Assembly: GCA_041615815.1 (NCBI GenBank)
Contig: JBFJCP010000002.1
Coordinates: 160,001-224,000, forward strand
DNA: 64,000 nucleotides
Direction of reading: 5' to 3'
DNA from: Gemmatimonadales bacterium
Lineage (GTDB): Bacteria > Gemmatimonadota > Gemmatimonadetes > Gemmatimonadales > GWC2-71-9
The first letter of the stretch is position 1. Each line of letters opens with the position of its first letter. The position numbers were made by a program, and so were the translations under genes. The notes beneath the pieces are model-generated. The model saw only the letters and a list, made by a program, of their open reading frames with translations. It did not search any database and had not been told where the DNA came from. Positions 10,146 to 21,028 of the stretch are shown here, one piece after another.

Positions 10146-11321
10146 ATGAAGATGTTCCGTCCCCTGGCGATCATCGGATTGACCACCGCCTTGCTCCAAG
10201 GGTGTGGGCGGGAAACCGCCCCTCCGGGCCCGCCGGGGTCGCCCCTTCCGGGCCTCACCCAGCAGCAGCTGGCGGACTTCCATGCTGGGCAGACGCTGTT
10301 CGACCGGGTGTTCACACCCGAGGAGGGACTGGGACCGCTGTTCAACGAAAATCAGTGCGCTGCGTGCCACAGCGATCCAACCAGCGGGGGTGGGGGTGGC
10401 GAACGCGTGACCAAAGCCAGTCGTTTCGTGCCGCCCAGCTCCTGCGACCGACTCCTGCCATTGGGCGGGGAGAACGTGCGGTCCCAGGCGACCCCCGCCA
10501 TGAAAGCGCTCGGTATCGAGGAAGAGACCGTTCCCACGGAAGCCACCGAGCGAGGACGCTTCACACCTCCGTTCCTCTACGGTCTGGGCCTCGTGGAGGC
10601 CATTCCTGAAGAAACGATCATGGCGTTGGCGGACCCGGAGGACGCCGATGGGGACGGGATCTCGGGACGTCCCGGCCGGAGCCCGGCTGGTGGCCTCGGC
10701 CGATTTGGCCGCAAGGGCGAAGCGGAAACTCTCCTGGAGTTCATCGATTCGGCTCTGCGGCTCGAACTCGGGCTCACCACACCCATATCTCCCCTCGAGA
10801 GTGGTCTCAACGGTCAACCGCTGCCCGTGGGGACAGACCCCGCTCCGGATCCTGAGGTGAGCGAGCCGATGATCCGTCGACTCGTGGACTATGTGCGGTT
10901 TCTCGCGCCGGTGAGTCGGGTCGAGCGGGGGCCGGCACATCGTGATTCCGTTGCACGGGGAGAGCAACTGTTTTCCGGGTTGGGATGCGCCAAGTGCCAC
11001 GTGCCATCCATGGACACTGGGACGAGCGAGATAGGCGCATTAGAGCGGAAGAGAGTATTCCTCTATTCTGACCTCTTGCTGCACGATATGGGGCCTGAAC
11101 TGACGGATATCTGCGGCGTCGGAGCTTCCCCGTCGGAGGTTCGCACAGAGATGCTGATGGGCTTGCGGCACCGGAGCGCCTATTTGCACGACGGACGAGC
11201 CTTGGACATCACGGAGGCGGTGCTCCGTCATGGTGGCGAGGCACTGGCAGCCCGTGAGGCGTTTGCGGCTCTCGACCTCGTGAGCCGGCAAGATCTGCTG
11301 GTCTTTCTTCGATCTCTCTGA
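10146..11321 (+). CDS. Di-heme oxidoreductase family lipoprotein (DHOR/DUF1111-like)
   Basis: Two heme motifs CAACH and CAKCH; GLGPLFN, DADGDGISGR, GRFGRK, YSDLLLHDMG, YLHDGRA. Confidence 0.88.
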   Translation: MKMFRPLAIIGLTTALLQGCGRETAPPGPPGSPLPGLTQQQLADFHAGQTLFDRVFTPEEGLGPLFNENQCAACHSDPTSGGGGGERVTKASRFVPPSSCDRLLPLGGENVRSQATPAMKALGIEEETVPTEATERGRFTPPFLYGLGLVEAIPEETIMALADPEDADGDGISGRPGRSPAGGLGRFGRKGEAETLLEFIDSALRLELGLTTPISPLESGLNGQPLPVGTDPAPDPEVSEPMIRRLVDYVRFLAPVSRVERGPAHRDSVARGEQLFSGLGCAKCHVPSMDTGTSEIGALERKRVFLYSDLLLHDMGPELTDICGVGASPSEVRTEMLMGLRHRSAYLHDGRALDITEAVLRHGGEALAAREAFAALDLVSRQDLLVFLRSL

Positions 11322-11336
11322 AAACTGCCGGAAAGC

Positions 11337-12200
11337 TCAGCGGCCGCGCCTGGTCCAGATGGCGATCACGCCGCACTGGGTCCCCAGGCTGGCGCCGCCG
11401 AATCGAACGGGGATTTGCGCCACACTCCGGTAGATCTCGATGGCCTCGATGTCATCCGGATCCACCAGGTCATCGATGTTGTATTCGGTCCGAGGCGGTG
11501 GGGCGAATTGGTCGATCTCGGTGGCGTCCGCGTTGGGAGCCGTACCGACGCCTCTCGGGCGCGCGTCGCCCCGGATGGCGATGATTCCGTCCACATAGAC
11601 ACGCGGTCGGCAGAGGCTGCCGTTGGACAGCTGGCTCCCCCGCAGCTGAACGTCCATGCGAGCAATGCCCTCGCCCGTGGGAATGAGTCGGACACCCGGG
11701 GCCAGGGAGAGCACATCGGAGACGCGGGCACCTCGGCGCTTCTCGATCACTTCACGAGTCATGAAATGCCCGAAGCTCGCTCGTTGCCGTTCGTAAAAGC
11801 CCACACGCCTGAGAAAGTTGCGCCGGGCCACAGCGGGTGCCGACACTTCCACGGGATCCATCGTGACGGGCGCCGGGCGAAGATGAAAAGCCGTTCTCCA
11901 GTCGTCTCCTTGACCGAGCTCCACTGGGCCATCGATCCAGGAACGGTACCCAAGCCGCCTGGCCTCGATGTAGTAGACACCGGCTTCGGGGGCGCGGAGC
12001 AGGTACTGGCCGCTGGCATCCGTTTGGACCGAAACGACCCGCTCGCCGTCTTCGTTGATGAGCGTGAGAATACCGGACTCGATGGCCTCATTGGTGACCA
12101 TATCGAGTAGGCGACCCTGGATCGACTGCGCCGCGATCCCAGGAGGAACCGTGGCAGCAATCGACCATCCGATCAGGACGGCTCTGAAGCGTTTCACCAC
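11337..12200 (-). CDS. Exported protein: carboxypeptidase-regulatory-like domain plus TonB plug-like domain
   Basis: Signal peptide ending in AAQ; TDASGQY...RRLGY; GFYER...GHF; DIEAIEIY...CGVIAIWT. Confidence 0.75.
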   Translation of the reverse strand: MVKRFRAVLIGWSIAATVPPGIAAQSIQGRLLDMVTNEAIESGILTLINEDGERVVSVQTDASGQYLLRAPEAGVYYIEARRLGYRSWIDGPVELGQGDDWRTAFHLRPAPVTMDPVEVSAPAVARRNFLRRVGFYERQRASFGHFMTREVIEKRRGARVSDVLSLAPGVRLIPTGEGIARMDVQLRGSQLSNGSLCRPRVYVDGIIAIRGDARPRGVGTAPNADATEIDQFAPPPRTEYNIDDLVDPDDIEAIEIYRSVAQIPVRFGGASLGTQCGVIAIWTRRGR

Positions 12201-12338
12201 TTGACCTATCGCTCGTCCTCTCAGGCATCCTAACGCAAGAGGGGTGCCGGCGAAAGCGCCATCCGCTCTCCTAAGACAAAACGGCTCGAGAGGATCCCAT
12301 GGTTCCCGGCGGAGCCAGGGCTTCACGCACGAAAGGCA

Positions 12339-12375
12339 CGAAAGGTGGAAACCCACTTGGGGTTTCCACCTTTCG
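12339..12375. terminator. Long perfect hairpin downstream of susD (terminator or mRNA-stabilising stem)
   Basis: CGAAAGGTGGAAACCC (12339-12354) / GGGTTTCCACCTTTCG (12360-12375): 16-bp perfect inverted repeat. Confidence 0.7.
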
Positions 12376-12403
12376 ACCCTCATACGTAGGTACCTCCGTG
12401 CCG

Positions 12404-13798
12404 TTAGATCCCCGGTGGATCCAGGGGGTTCGCAGGTTTCTGCAGACCCGGATTCCCCTCGTACTCTTCGAGCGGGATTGGGAAGCAGGTCCACACGCCG
12501 TAGTCACCCCACTGCGTGTTGGGATGCGTGCCGGTGGGGAAGAAATTCCCCACACCGTCCCGTGCCCACCGCCTGAGGTCACCGATACGGAGACCGCCCA
12601 TGTAGAAATCGCGGGAACGTTGCCGTCTCAGCTCGGCAAACAGCGCGTCCCCAGAGAGGGTCACCGCACCCTCGTTGCCGAAGGCCCGGCGATCGTTCAC
12701 GAACTGGAGGATCTGGGCCTCGTCACCTCCGGAGCGCATCATCGCCTCGAACATGTGATGCTGCGCCTCGAGGTAATCGCCGAGCACGATATCCGTGCCT
12801 TCCTCATACAGGATGGGCGTGCCGCCGTTGGCGATCGTCTCACCGTTGTACCCGCTGAAACGCAGGCTCTGGAACGGCTTGTAGAGCAGCGTCAAGCGGT
12901 TGTGCCCCAGCGACCAGTCCTCCGTGTGCTGGATCCGCGGGTCCGTCTGGCCCGCGACGATCCCCAGATCTCCGAAGGTCCCGTTCAGGAACGCGGGATG
13001 GACACCGAGCGAATGATTCGATCCGGTGACCCGAGAGAACAGCACGAGCTCTTCGGAGGTTGAATTCGACGAGTACTCGACGTTGTACACGAACGTCGGG
13101 TCGACCACCGCCGATGCATGGGTGATGACGTCGCCGAAATTGCTCAGACTCAGATGAGCCCTGGCTAGCCCAACTCGCGCCAGGTTTTCGAGATCCGCGC
13201 GGCCAGCCGCGTTGGCGACGGTGAGGGCGCGGCCGAGGTGTGTGGTCGCCTGTTGGAAGAGGTCATTGGGCGACAAGATGGTGGTGCCCAGATTGTCTGC
13301 CGTCCCGATCACGGCCTGACACATGGCCTCACCCATCATGATCAGGCTGTAGCCGGCATATGCCTCGGTCAGAGCGATGTCTTTATTCGACCCTGGGTTG
13401 GCCACGAGGCCGCCCTCGAGCCGATCCCTCACGTCAACGGCCTGACGGTACGCTCGACTGATATTGGAGAACATCAGATCCGCGTCCCCCTCATCGTATC
13501 GCACGAGGCGCTGGTTGAGGCGTGCCGTGCCCTCCCAGTTGATACCGGTGACCTGTTCATCGGTGAGCATCGAGGCACGCCAGATGAACGGATCGTCGTA
13601 CATCTCTCGGAAATCTCCGATCACGCCCGCGACCATGACGCTGACCAGCGTCGGGTCGTTGAGGGCGTCGATGGGAATCTCCTCCGGATTATCGACGCTC
13701 AACAGCTCGTCGGCGAAGCCGCAGGCTCCCATCGGAAGGATCAACGCCAGCGCCAGTAGCGCGCTGGCCCACGTTGTGAATTTGCTCTTTTTCATCAC
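12404..13798 (-). CDS. RagB/SusD-like nutrient-binding outer-membrane lipoprotein
   Basis: Lipobox MGAC; directly follows the TonB receptor; C-terminal RxRDFxxxGxRxxDLRRW...FPIP. Confidence 0.85.
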   Translation of the reverse strand: MMKKSKFTTWASALLALALILPMGACGFADELLSVDNPEEIPIDALNDPTLVSVMVAGVIGDFREMYDDPFIWRASMLTDEQVTGINWEGTARLNQRLVRYDEGDADLMFSNISRAYRQAVDVRDRLEGGLVANPGSNKDIALTEAYAGYSLIMMGEAMCQAVIGTADNLGTTILSPNDLFQQATTHLGRALTVANAAGRADLENLARVGLARAHLSLSNFGDVITHASAVVDPTFVYNVEYSSNSTSEELVLFSRVTGSNHSLGVHPAFLNGTFGDLGIVAGQTDPRIQHTEDWSLGHNRLTLLYKPFQSLRFSGYNGETIANGGTPILYEEGTDIVLGDYLEAQHHMFEAMMRSGGDEAQILQFVNDRRAFGNEGAVTLSGDALFAELRRQRSRDFYMGGLRIGDLRRWARDGVGNFFPTGTHPNTQWGDYGVWTCFPIPLEEYEGNPGLQKPANPLDPPGI

Positions 13799-13809
13799 TC
13801 ACCCCTCCC

Positions 13810-16800
13810 TTAGTAGGTAACCCGGATGGACGCAGCGAGACGACGGGTCTGCGGCAACGACGCGTAATCCAACCGCGTGAAATCTGCCAGGCTCCAGAAG
13901 TTGACTTCTGGGTCCCCCGTGCCCTCGTAGCGGGTCCACATCCAGAGGTTACGGCCGGAAAGGGTCACGCTCCACTTGGTCGCTCGGAAGAAGTTGCCGA
14001 ACGACTCGGGAAGCGTGTAGGTCACCGCGATTTCCCGCAGCTTCAAGAAGTCCGCCGGGAAGATATGGGTCAGCGTCTGGCGGCTCTTCCACAGTGCAAC
14101 CTGCACCGGGTCTGCATCGGGATTGTTCACTTCCCACGTGTTCTGATCGATCCGGTTGCGGATGGAGCAGATGGCGCACCATTGGTAATGGCCGCCCTTG
14201 AAGTCGAAATGTGTGAACAGGCGGAGGTTTCCAAACAGAGTGAAGATGTTCGAGAAACCCATCTCGACCGTTGGAAGCGATGGCCCCATGTACTTCTCAT
14301 GGCAGGTACCACCAAAGCCATTCGGGTCATCGGTGTCCGGCCACGAGCACTCGAAGTCGACGGTGACGTCGCCACCGGCGTCGAGGACGGGGTTCCCCGC
14401 AGCATCTCGCACCACGTCGACGGCCCAGAAACCACCGAGGGGGTAGCCTTCACGGTGCCGCTGCACGGAAGCAAACGACCCAAAGGTCACTTCCTCGAGC
14501 ACCGGGGAACCGTCCGGCAGCGATCCAAAGTCGACGAGCCGGTTCTTGTTGGTCGAGATCGAGAAGTTCACGTCCCACACGAAGTTTCGGCCCAGGATCG
14601 GATTTCCGGTCATGAGCGCCTCAAACCCCGTGTTGGAGACCTCCCCAATGTTGATGAAATGTTGACCGCTGAACCCGCTGGAGGGCGGATCCGCAATCGC
14701 GATGAGCGCGTCTTTGGTGTTCTGGTTGTAGTAGGTCAACTCGATCCCGGCCCGCCCGTTCAACAACGCCGTGTCGAAGCCGAGCTCCCACTCGGATCCC
14801 GTCTCCGCCTTCAGATCCGGGTTGCCGAACTCGGACGGTGTCAGGGTGTTTACGCTGATATCAGCGATCGTCGTAACATCGGTCGTAAACGTTCGATCCG
14901 CCGTGAATGGTGCCGGGGCGTTCCCCGCCTGGCCCCACGCGAACCGGAGCTTGAGCTGGTCGATGACACCGACGTTGAAGAAATCCTCATCGGAGATGAC
15001 GTACGACACCGACGCCTTGGGATAGACCACCAGCGAGAAGTCCGAACCGAAGGCCGAGTTGTCGTCGATGCGGACCGCGCCGGTCACGAACAGCCGGTCG
15101 CGCCAACCCACCTCTTCCTGGAGGTAGAATCCGAGCGACGTCTGCTCCACGAACGCTTCGTCCCCGAACGTCTGGGCGGCCGACCCAGTGAGGTTGAGCT
15201 GATTCGCTACCAGTCCCTGGCCGTCGGTGCTGAATCGCCGGCGCTGGCGGGCGTTCAACTGCATGCCCGCTGAGAAGTTGGAGCTCAACGTGGACGTGAG
15301 CGGGAATCGTGCCGATCCAGCGTAATCCACGGTCCACGTATGAGTGACGGGGAGATCGTTCTGAATACGACCTGCAGCCGCCGTGGCCCCAAAGGGCTGC
15401 ATGCCCGTCGTATCGATCCGGTCGAACTCGGTGTCGCGACGATCGTACTTGTCGAGCCCGAGAGTGAGCCGGTGGTTGAACCACGAGAACGGCTGCCACG
15501 TGGTGGTGAGTCCGATCGTGGTCCGCTCTTCACGGCTTTGGTTGTCGTAAAGGTTAGCCTGGTCCGGACCCAATCCACGGAATCCGGCCTCCCAGGGATC
15601 GTTCGACGCGCGTGCGCGACCACGGAACGAGTTCCGCAAGATTCCGTTCGACGCGTTGTTGTTGAGTGGTATCTGCGTGTGCGTGCGCCCGTAGCCGAAG
15701 TTCACGGAGAAGTTGAGTCTCTCGTTGGGCGTGAACTCGAAGTTCGCGCGGCCACCGGTGCGACGATGGAAGTTGTTCAAGAACACCCCGTCCTCGTCGT
15801 AGCGATTGAACGACAGGAAGTAGTTGAACAGCTGACCACCTCCGCGCGCGGAGAGCGCGAAGTCATAGACATCGCCACTCCGAAGCGCCGACGGGTGCCG
15901 CCGAAGCGGATCGTCGGTCAGCAGGATCCGGCCATCGGACAGCCGTGTGATGTCGCTCTCAGGAATCCCGGTGACCACACCGTTGGGCCCCGTCCAGACC
16001 ACCGACGACGGATCGGCGCACCCTGGGAACCGGTTGGGATCTGCAATGTCATCCAGCTCACAGAGCCAGAAGTTCGAGGGGTTTCCGACATTGCCCTCGG
16101 TCCAGTCGGACTGGCCGTACTCGAAACTGGTGGTCCACTGCATCCGGTCGGTGCCGCGGGACCCTTTCTTGGTAAAGATCTGAATCACACCCGCGGCGGC
16201 ATCGGCACCGTACAGGGTGGCGGCGGCCGGTCCCTTGATGACCTCGATGCTCTCGATGTCTTCGGGGTTGATGAAGTCGAGTGGGCTCGTACCCTGGGCG
16301 CCACCCCACTCGGAGTCGACCGTCTGCTGGGTGTTGCTCTCGAACCGGATCCCGTCGATGTAGTACACGGGATTGTATCCGGCCTCGAGCGACCCGGCGC
16401 CGCGGATCCGGACGTTGGAGCTGGATCCGGCCGAGCCGGCGTTCTTGTAGAACGTGAGACCCGGTGAGCGGGCCTGCAGCAGCTCCTGCACGGTGGCCAC
16501 CGGCGCTACTTCAGTGATCACGTCCGCCTTGATACTCGTGATCGCGTTCCCCAGGGCCCTCTTCTCGGTGCCGCCGGGCGTCCCCGTGACCACGATCTCC
16601 TGCAACTGGATCGGGGCCCGGTTCATGGCAAAATCCGCCGTGGCCGTCTGCCCGACGCTTACCGTGACCTGCATCTCCATCCGGGCGAATCCCACGTAGA
16701 GCGCGCGCACCATATAGGTGCCGGGAGTGATCCCCCCCATCTCGTAGACACCCTGGTCGTTGGTCCGGGTCTCCCGGTTCTGTCCAACGAGCACGATGCG

Positions 16801-16953
16801 GGTGCCCCCAAGTGGTCGCGCCGTCGCCCGGTCGGTGACGGTGCCCCGGACGGTGCCGCCGACCTGCGCCAGCAATGGCCCGGCGGTGCCGAGCCAGATA
16901 GCGAGCACCGACGCGGCACCCAATATCCGGAATAGACGAATCTTTGGACGCAT
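13810..16953 (-). CDS. SusC/RagA-like TonB-dependent outer-membrane receptor
   Basis: AAGGAGG RBS; INPEDIESIEVIKGPAAATLYGADAAAGVIQIFTKKG plug motif; GNPDLKAE; C-terminal aromatic residue. Confidence 0.93.
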   Translation of the reverse strand: MRPKIRLFRILGAASVLAIWLGTAGPLLAQVGGTVRGTVTDRATARPLGGTRIVLVGQNRETRTNDQGVYEMGGITPGTYMVRALYVGFARMEMQVTVSVGQTATADFAMNRAPIQLQEIVVTGTPGGTEKRALGNAITSIKADVITEVAPVATVQELLQARSPGLTFYKNAGSAGSSSNVRIRGAGSLEAGYNPVYYIDGIRFESNTQQTVDSEWGGAQGTSPLDFINPEDIESIEVIKGPAAATLYGADAAAGVIQIFTKKGSRGTDRMQWTTSFEYGQSDWTEGNVGNPSNFWLCELDDIADPNRFPGCADPSSVVWTGPNGVVTGIPESDITRLSDGRILLTDDPLRRHPSALRSGDVYDFALSARGGGQLFNYFLSFNRYDEDGVFLNNFHRRTGGRANFEFTPNERLNFSVNFGYGRTHTQIPLNNNASNGILRNSFRGRARASNDPWEAGFRGLGPDQANLYDNQSREERTTIGLTTTWQPFSWFNHRLTLGLDKYDRRDTEFDRIDTTGMQPFGATAAAGRIQNDLPVTHTWTVDYAGSARFPLTSTLSSNFSAGMQLNARQRRRFSTDGQGLVANQLNLTGSAAQTFGDEAFVEQTSLGFYLQEEVGWRDRLFVTGAVRIDDNSAFGSDFSLVVYPKASVSYVISDEDFFNVGVIDQLKLRFAWGQAGNAPAPFTADRTFTTDVTTIADISVNTLTPSEFGNPDLKAETGSEWELGFDTALLNGRAGIELTYYNQNTKDALIAIADPPSSGFSGQHFINIGEVSNTGFEALMTGNPILGRNFVWDVNFSISTNKNRLVDFGSLPDGSPVLEEVTFGSFASVQRHREGYPLGGFWAVDVVRDAAGNPVLDAGGDVTVDFECSWPDTDDPNGFGGTCHEKYMGPSLPTVEMGFSNIFTLFGNLRLFTHFDFKGGHYQWCAICSIRNRIDQNTWEVNNPDADPVQVALWKSRQTLTHIFPADFLKLREIAVTYTLPESFGNFFRATKWSVTLSGRNLWMWTRYEGTGDPEVNFWSLADFTRLDYASLPQTRRLAASIRVTY

Positions 16954-17533
16954 ACACACCTCCTTGTGAGTGCGAACCGTCGACCGTGCCGTTCGACGGC
17001 CCAACAACGCGGACGACAGACGATCATGCCGTCTGCCTACCGCTGACGACGTTAGCTGCGTCTAGCGCCGGCACGCACCGGCACTCCCGACACAATGACT
17101 ACCCAGAGTTTTCAGGGAAGCGCTCGACGTCCCAGCCCTGGAGTGATCTCTATCGGCGGAGAAACCTGCACAGCCCGACTTCATGGAGGGCCGAAGCCGG
17201 AAGGGCAGCCAGGCGACTGCTGCCTGGTCTTCGCGCGACCAGGGAAAACTCCTGTCGCTGCGACGCTCCAAAAGAGCTAACAAACAACGGTCGGGCGTCA
17301 CCCCCTTTGGATGGAGCCGGTGGATGAGCGGCGATTGTCGCGCGCTCCAATCCAAAACCACATTCCGAAAAGGGCCTCAGTAGTGACAAACGCGAGGCAC
17401 CCTTCCAGCTCGATCGCGCCCGAATGGGAAGTGTTTTTCTCATATAACACCGGCGCCCGGAGCCCGCAAGATCGGAGGAGGCTGTGGCCTCAGCCAGGGC
17501 GGTTTGCCAGAGACGCACACCATCTTCATCCTT

Positions 17534-17571
17534 TTCCGGAGCCATCTTCGCGTTCCGGAGCCATCTTCGCG
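17534..17571. repeat. Perfect 19-bp tandem duplication
   Basis: TTCCGGAGCCATCTTCGCG at 17534-17552 and 17553-17571, immediately before the RBS of the 17584 gene. Confidence 0.9.
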
Positions 17572-17583
17572 GGAGTTGCCACG

Positions 17584-20500
17584 ATGTCGCGTTTCCTCGT
17601 TACTCTCTGGTCCCCCTGCCGTCGTGCATTGGCGCTGCTCGTATCCGTTCTGTTGACCTCGACCTCAGGAACCGCCCAGGAGCCGGACAGCGCTGGTGTC
17701 CGAGACGAGGACTGGGACGTCACACTCGCGCGTGGTGCAACCCGAAACATCGACTTCACCACAAGCGAGGGCACTTGGATGTCCGTTGACATCTCGCGGG
17801 ACGGCCAGTGGATCGTCTTCGATCTCTTGGGACACATCTATCGAGTGCCCGCGGCCGGCGGCGAAGCCCAGGTGCTCACGCAGGAAAGCGGCGTGGCGGT
17901 CAACTACCACCCGCGCTACTCGCCGGACGGAGCCCACATTGCGTTCATCTCGGACCGCAACGGCCAGACGAATCTCTGGATTATGAACGCCGATGGCTCG
18001 GAGCCCCGAGCCGTGTTCAGGGATGGCAACGTGCGGGCAGCGCTGCCGGCCTGGACACCGGACGGCCAATACCTCCTCGTGCGACGGGATTATGTGGGCT
18101 CTTCGGACGAGGACGCTGCACCTCCGGGCTCACGGGTTGAGCAGGGGCCCCAGGGCCGCGAGGGGATTTGGATGTACCATCGGGACGGCGGCCAGGGTGT
18201 CGCCCTCATCGGGACCGAAGTGTCCGCCGCCACGTGGCCGTCGGTCTCACCGGACGGGCGGCACGTCTACGTTCAGCGCCGCTCCGGCGGCCGCGACGCC
18301 CTCAGGGGGCATTACCAGATTCAGCGCTTCGATCTCCAGACCGGCGAGCGGATGGACGTGACTGCGGGTGACGCCGAAGGGCCGGCGGCCGGACGCGTCA
18401 CGAGTGGGGGTGGTTTCGCCCCGGAGGTCTCGCCGGACGGGCGGTGGCTCGCCTACGCCCGTCAGATTCCGGACGGGACGGTCTCGTTCAAAGGGCATCG
18501 GTTCGGTCCGCGCACCGCGCTCTGGCTCAGAAACCTCGAGACCGGCGCCGAGCGCCTGTTGATGGATCCGATTTCGCTGGCGATCGAGAGCGGATCCAAG
18601 AGCCTGCGCATTCTTCCTGGCTACGCATGGGCCAAGGACGGTCGATCTCTGGTGCTCTCCCAGGGAGGGAAGATCCGACGAGTGCACGTGGCGACGGGTC
18701 AGGTCACCACCATCCCCTTCACCGCTCGGGTGCAGCGAACGGCTTCGGAGATGGCCTACCAACCGTTTCGGATCACCGACGAGCCGTTCGACGCAACGTT
18801 CCTGCGGTGGCACACGGCGTCGCCCGATGGGTCGAGGCTCGCTTTCCAGGCGGTAGGACGCGTGTGGATCATGGACATCCCCGACGGATCACCCCGTCGG
18901 CTCACGGCCGACGATTCGGCGATTCAGGAGTTCGCACCGGCCTGGTCTCCGGACGGCCAATGGATCGCGTACACGACGTGGGACGATACGCTGGGCGGGC
19001 ATTTGTGGAAGATTCGGGCACGCGGCGGCACGCCGCAGCGCCTCACGCCCGAGCCTGGTGAGTTTCTGCATCCTGCCTGGAACGCAAACGCGAGCGAGAT
19101 CGTGATGGTGCGGGGCTCCGGTGCCACCGCACGCAAGCGCACGGTCACGCACAATCCCTGGTGGGATGTCGTGCGCGTACCTGCGGCCGGCGGGGCTCCC
19201 ACGGTCGTGACTCGAGTGGCGATCCCCGCGGGCATGGGCCCCAACTCCGTTGCGCGACGGGCGATCTTTCGCCCCTCATTCGGTCCGCAGGGACGCATCT
19301 TCTTCCCGGAGTTTCGTCGCGACGGTGGGCTCCAAACCGTGCTCGTCTCGGTGAGACCCGACGGCAGCGACCGGCGAGACCACCTGGAACTCCCCGCCAC
19401 TGACGACGCCGTGCCCTCACCGGACGGCCGTTGGGTCGCGTTTCAGGAAGGCGATAACGTCTTTCTGACACCATTGCCGTTCGCGGGGACGGGCTCCGAG
19501 CCCGTGAGCCTCGACAAGCGGCGTGGCAAGCTCCCGGTGACCCAAGTGAGTCGCGCCGGTGGACTCTTCCCCACCTGGCGCGATTCGAACACGATCGAGT
19601 TCGGGAGCGGCAACCAGCATCTCACGTATCGCCTGAGGGACAAGTCGGCGGATACGGTAACCGTTCGCCTGAGCGTGCCTCGACGGGTACCCCAAGGTCG
19701 GATCGCATTCACCGGCGCGCGGATCGTCACCCTCCAAGGCGACCAGGTGATCGAGTCGGGGACCGTGGTGGTCGAGGGCAGCCGGATTGCGTGCGTCGGC
19801 ACCTGCGAGGCGGCAGGTGCGGCGCGAACGATCGACGCCAGCGGTAAGACGATCATCCCGGGCTTCGTTGACATGCACTCGCATCATTTTCGCGAGCACC
19901 GCGGGTACCGTCCGCTTCGCGATTACGAGGTGGCCATGTATCTCGCCTACGGCGTCACCACCAACCTCGACAATTCCATGTGGGCCCAGAACGTCTTCCC
20001 CTCGGCCGAGCTGATCGAGGCCGGACGGATGATCGGACCACGTACGTTCAGCACGGGCGATCCACTCTACGGATTCGGTGACGGTGCACGGCAGAACGTG
20101 CTACGCGACTACGAAACCACCGAGCACGAGATCGATCGCCTCGCCAAATGGGGCGCGGTCTCGCTCAAGCAATACATGCAGCCGCGCCGCGATCAGCGAC
20201 AGTGGGTGTCCGATGTGGCGCGCAAGAGAGGTCTGATGGTGACGGCGGAGGGGGGCGATCTGTTTTACAACATCGGCATGGTGCTGGATGGGCAGACCGG
20301 GTGGGAGCATCCAATGAGCTACATCCCGCTGTATGGTGACGCGGCGACGTTTTTTGGTCGCGCGGGTATCGTCTACTCCCCGACGTTCGTGGTGGCCGGT
20401 CCCGGTCCCTACAACATCGAGCATTTCTTTGCGGAATCCGATGTGTGGAGAGATCCCAAGCACCGGCGCTGGATGCCGTGGCGCCAGATGACGGGGCACC

Positions 20501-20973
20501 TGCGCCGGCGCATGCTGCGGCCGGAAACGGATTACAGCTATCCGCTGATTGCGCAGGGGCTCGCCGACATCATCGCCGAAGGCGGCTACGGCGCCATCGG
20601 GTCACATGGCGAGCACCACGGACCGGCTCCGCACTGGGAGATCTGGATGGCGGCGTCCGCCATGGGTCCACTCGAGGCGTTGCGCGTTGCGAGCGCGCAC
20701 GGCGCGCATTTCCTCGGCGCAGCCCAGGATCTGGGAACGCTCGAGAATGGGAAGCTCGCCGATCTCTTGGTTCTCAACGCGAATCCATTGGAGGATATCC
20801 GGAATACGATGGACATCCAGTATGTGATGAAGGGTGGGATCCTATATGAGGCAGACACCCTGGACGAGATCTGGCCCACCAATACGCCGTTCGGACCCTA
20901 TTACTGGGTGGACGACGATGCGCTGCGGGACGACGACCGGCCCGTGAACGTGTGGGATCCAGAGCGTGAGTAG
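17584..20973 (+). CDS. Secreted TolB-like (PD40) beta-propeller plus amidohydrolase-domain protein
   Basis: Signal peptide; repeated P.xSPDG motifs; PGFVDMHSH metal motif; GTLENGKLADL. Confidence 0.9.
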   Translation: MSRFLVTLWSPCRRALALLVSVLLTSTSGTAQEPDSAGVRDEDWDVTLARGATRNIDFTTSEGTWMSVDISRDGQWIVFDLLGHIYRVPAAGGEAQVLTQESGVAVNYHPRYSPDGAHIAFISDRNGQTNLWIMNADGSEPRAVFRDGNVRAALPAWTPDGQYLLVRRDYVGSSDEDAAPPGSRVEQGPQGREGIWMYHRDGGQGVALIGTEVSAATWPSVSPDGRHVYVQRRSGGRDALRGHYQIQRFDLQTGERMDVTAGDAEGPAAGRVTSGGGFAPEVSPDGRWLAYARQIPDGTVSFKGHRFGPRTALWLRNLETGAERLLMDPISLAIESGSKSLRILPGYAWAKDGRSLVLSQGGKIRRVHVATGQVTTIPFTARVQRTASEMAYQPFRITDEPFDATFLRWHTASPDGSRLAFQAVGRVWIMDIPDGSPRRLTADDSAIQEFAPAWSPDGQWIAYTTWDDTLGGHLWKIRARGGTPQRLTPEPGEFLHPAWNANASEIVMVRGSGATARKRTVTHNPWWDVVRVPAAGGAPTVVTRVAIPAGMGPNSVARRAIFRPSFGPQGRIFFPEFRRDGGLQTVLVSVRPDGSDRRDHLELPATDDAVPSPDGRWVAFQEGDNVFLTPLPFAGTGSEPVSLDKRRGKLPVTQVSRAGGLFPTWRDSNTIEFGSGNQHLTYRLRDKSADTVTVRLSVPRRVPQGRIAFTGARIVTLQGDQVIESGTVVVEGSRIACVGTCEAAGAARTIDASGKTIIPGFVDMHSHHFREHRGYRPLRDYEVAMYLAYGVTTNLDNSMWAQNVFPSAELIEAGRMIGPRTFSTGDPLYGFGDGARQNVLRDYETTEHEIDRLAKWGAVSLKQYMQPRRDQRQWVSDVARKRGLMVTAEGGDLFYNIGMVLDGQTGWEHPMSYIPLYGDAATFFGRAGIVYSPTFVVAGPGPYNIEHFFAESDVWRDPKHRRWMPWRQMTGHLRRRMLRPETDYSYPLIAQGLADIIAEGGYGAIGSHGEHHGPAPHWEIWMAASAMGPLEALRVASAHGAHFLGAAQDLGTLENGKLADLLVLNANPLEDIRNTMDIQYVMKGGILYEADTLDEIWPTNTPFGPYYWVDDDALRDDDRPVNVWDPERE

Positions 20974-21028
20974 CGATCCGTCGGATCCGCAAGTAGGATT
21001 TGGCTTCGCCCCGACCCTCAACGACAGG

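Noticed and set aside
14065..16467. Long antisense ORFs opposite susC (and opposite other genes)
   Set aside because: Shadow ORFs caused by high-GC codon bias; no motifs.
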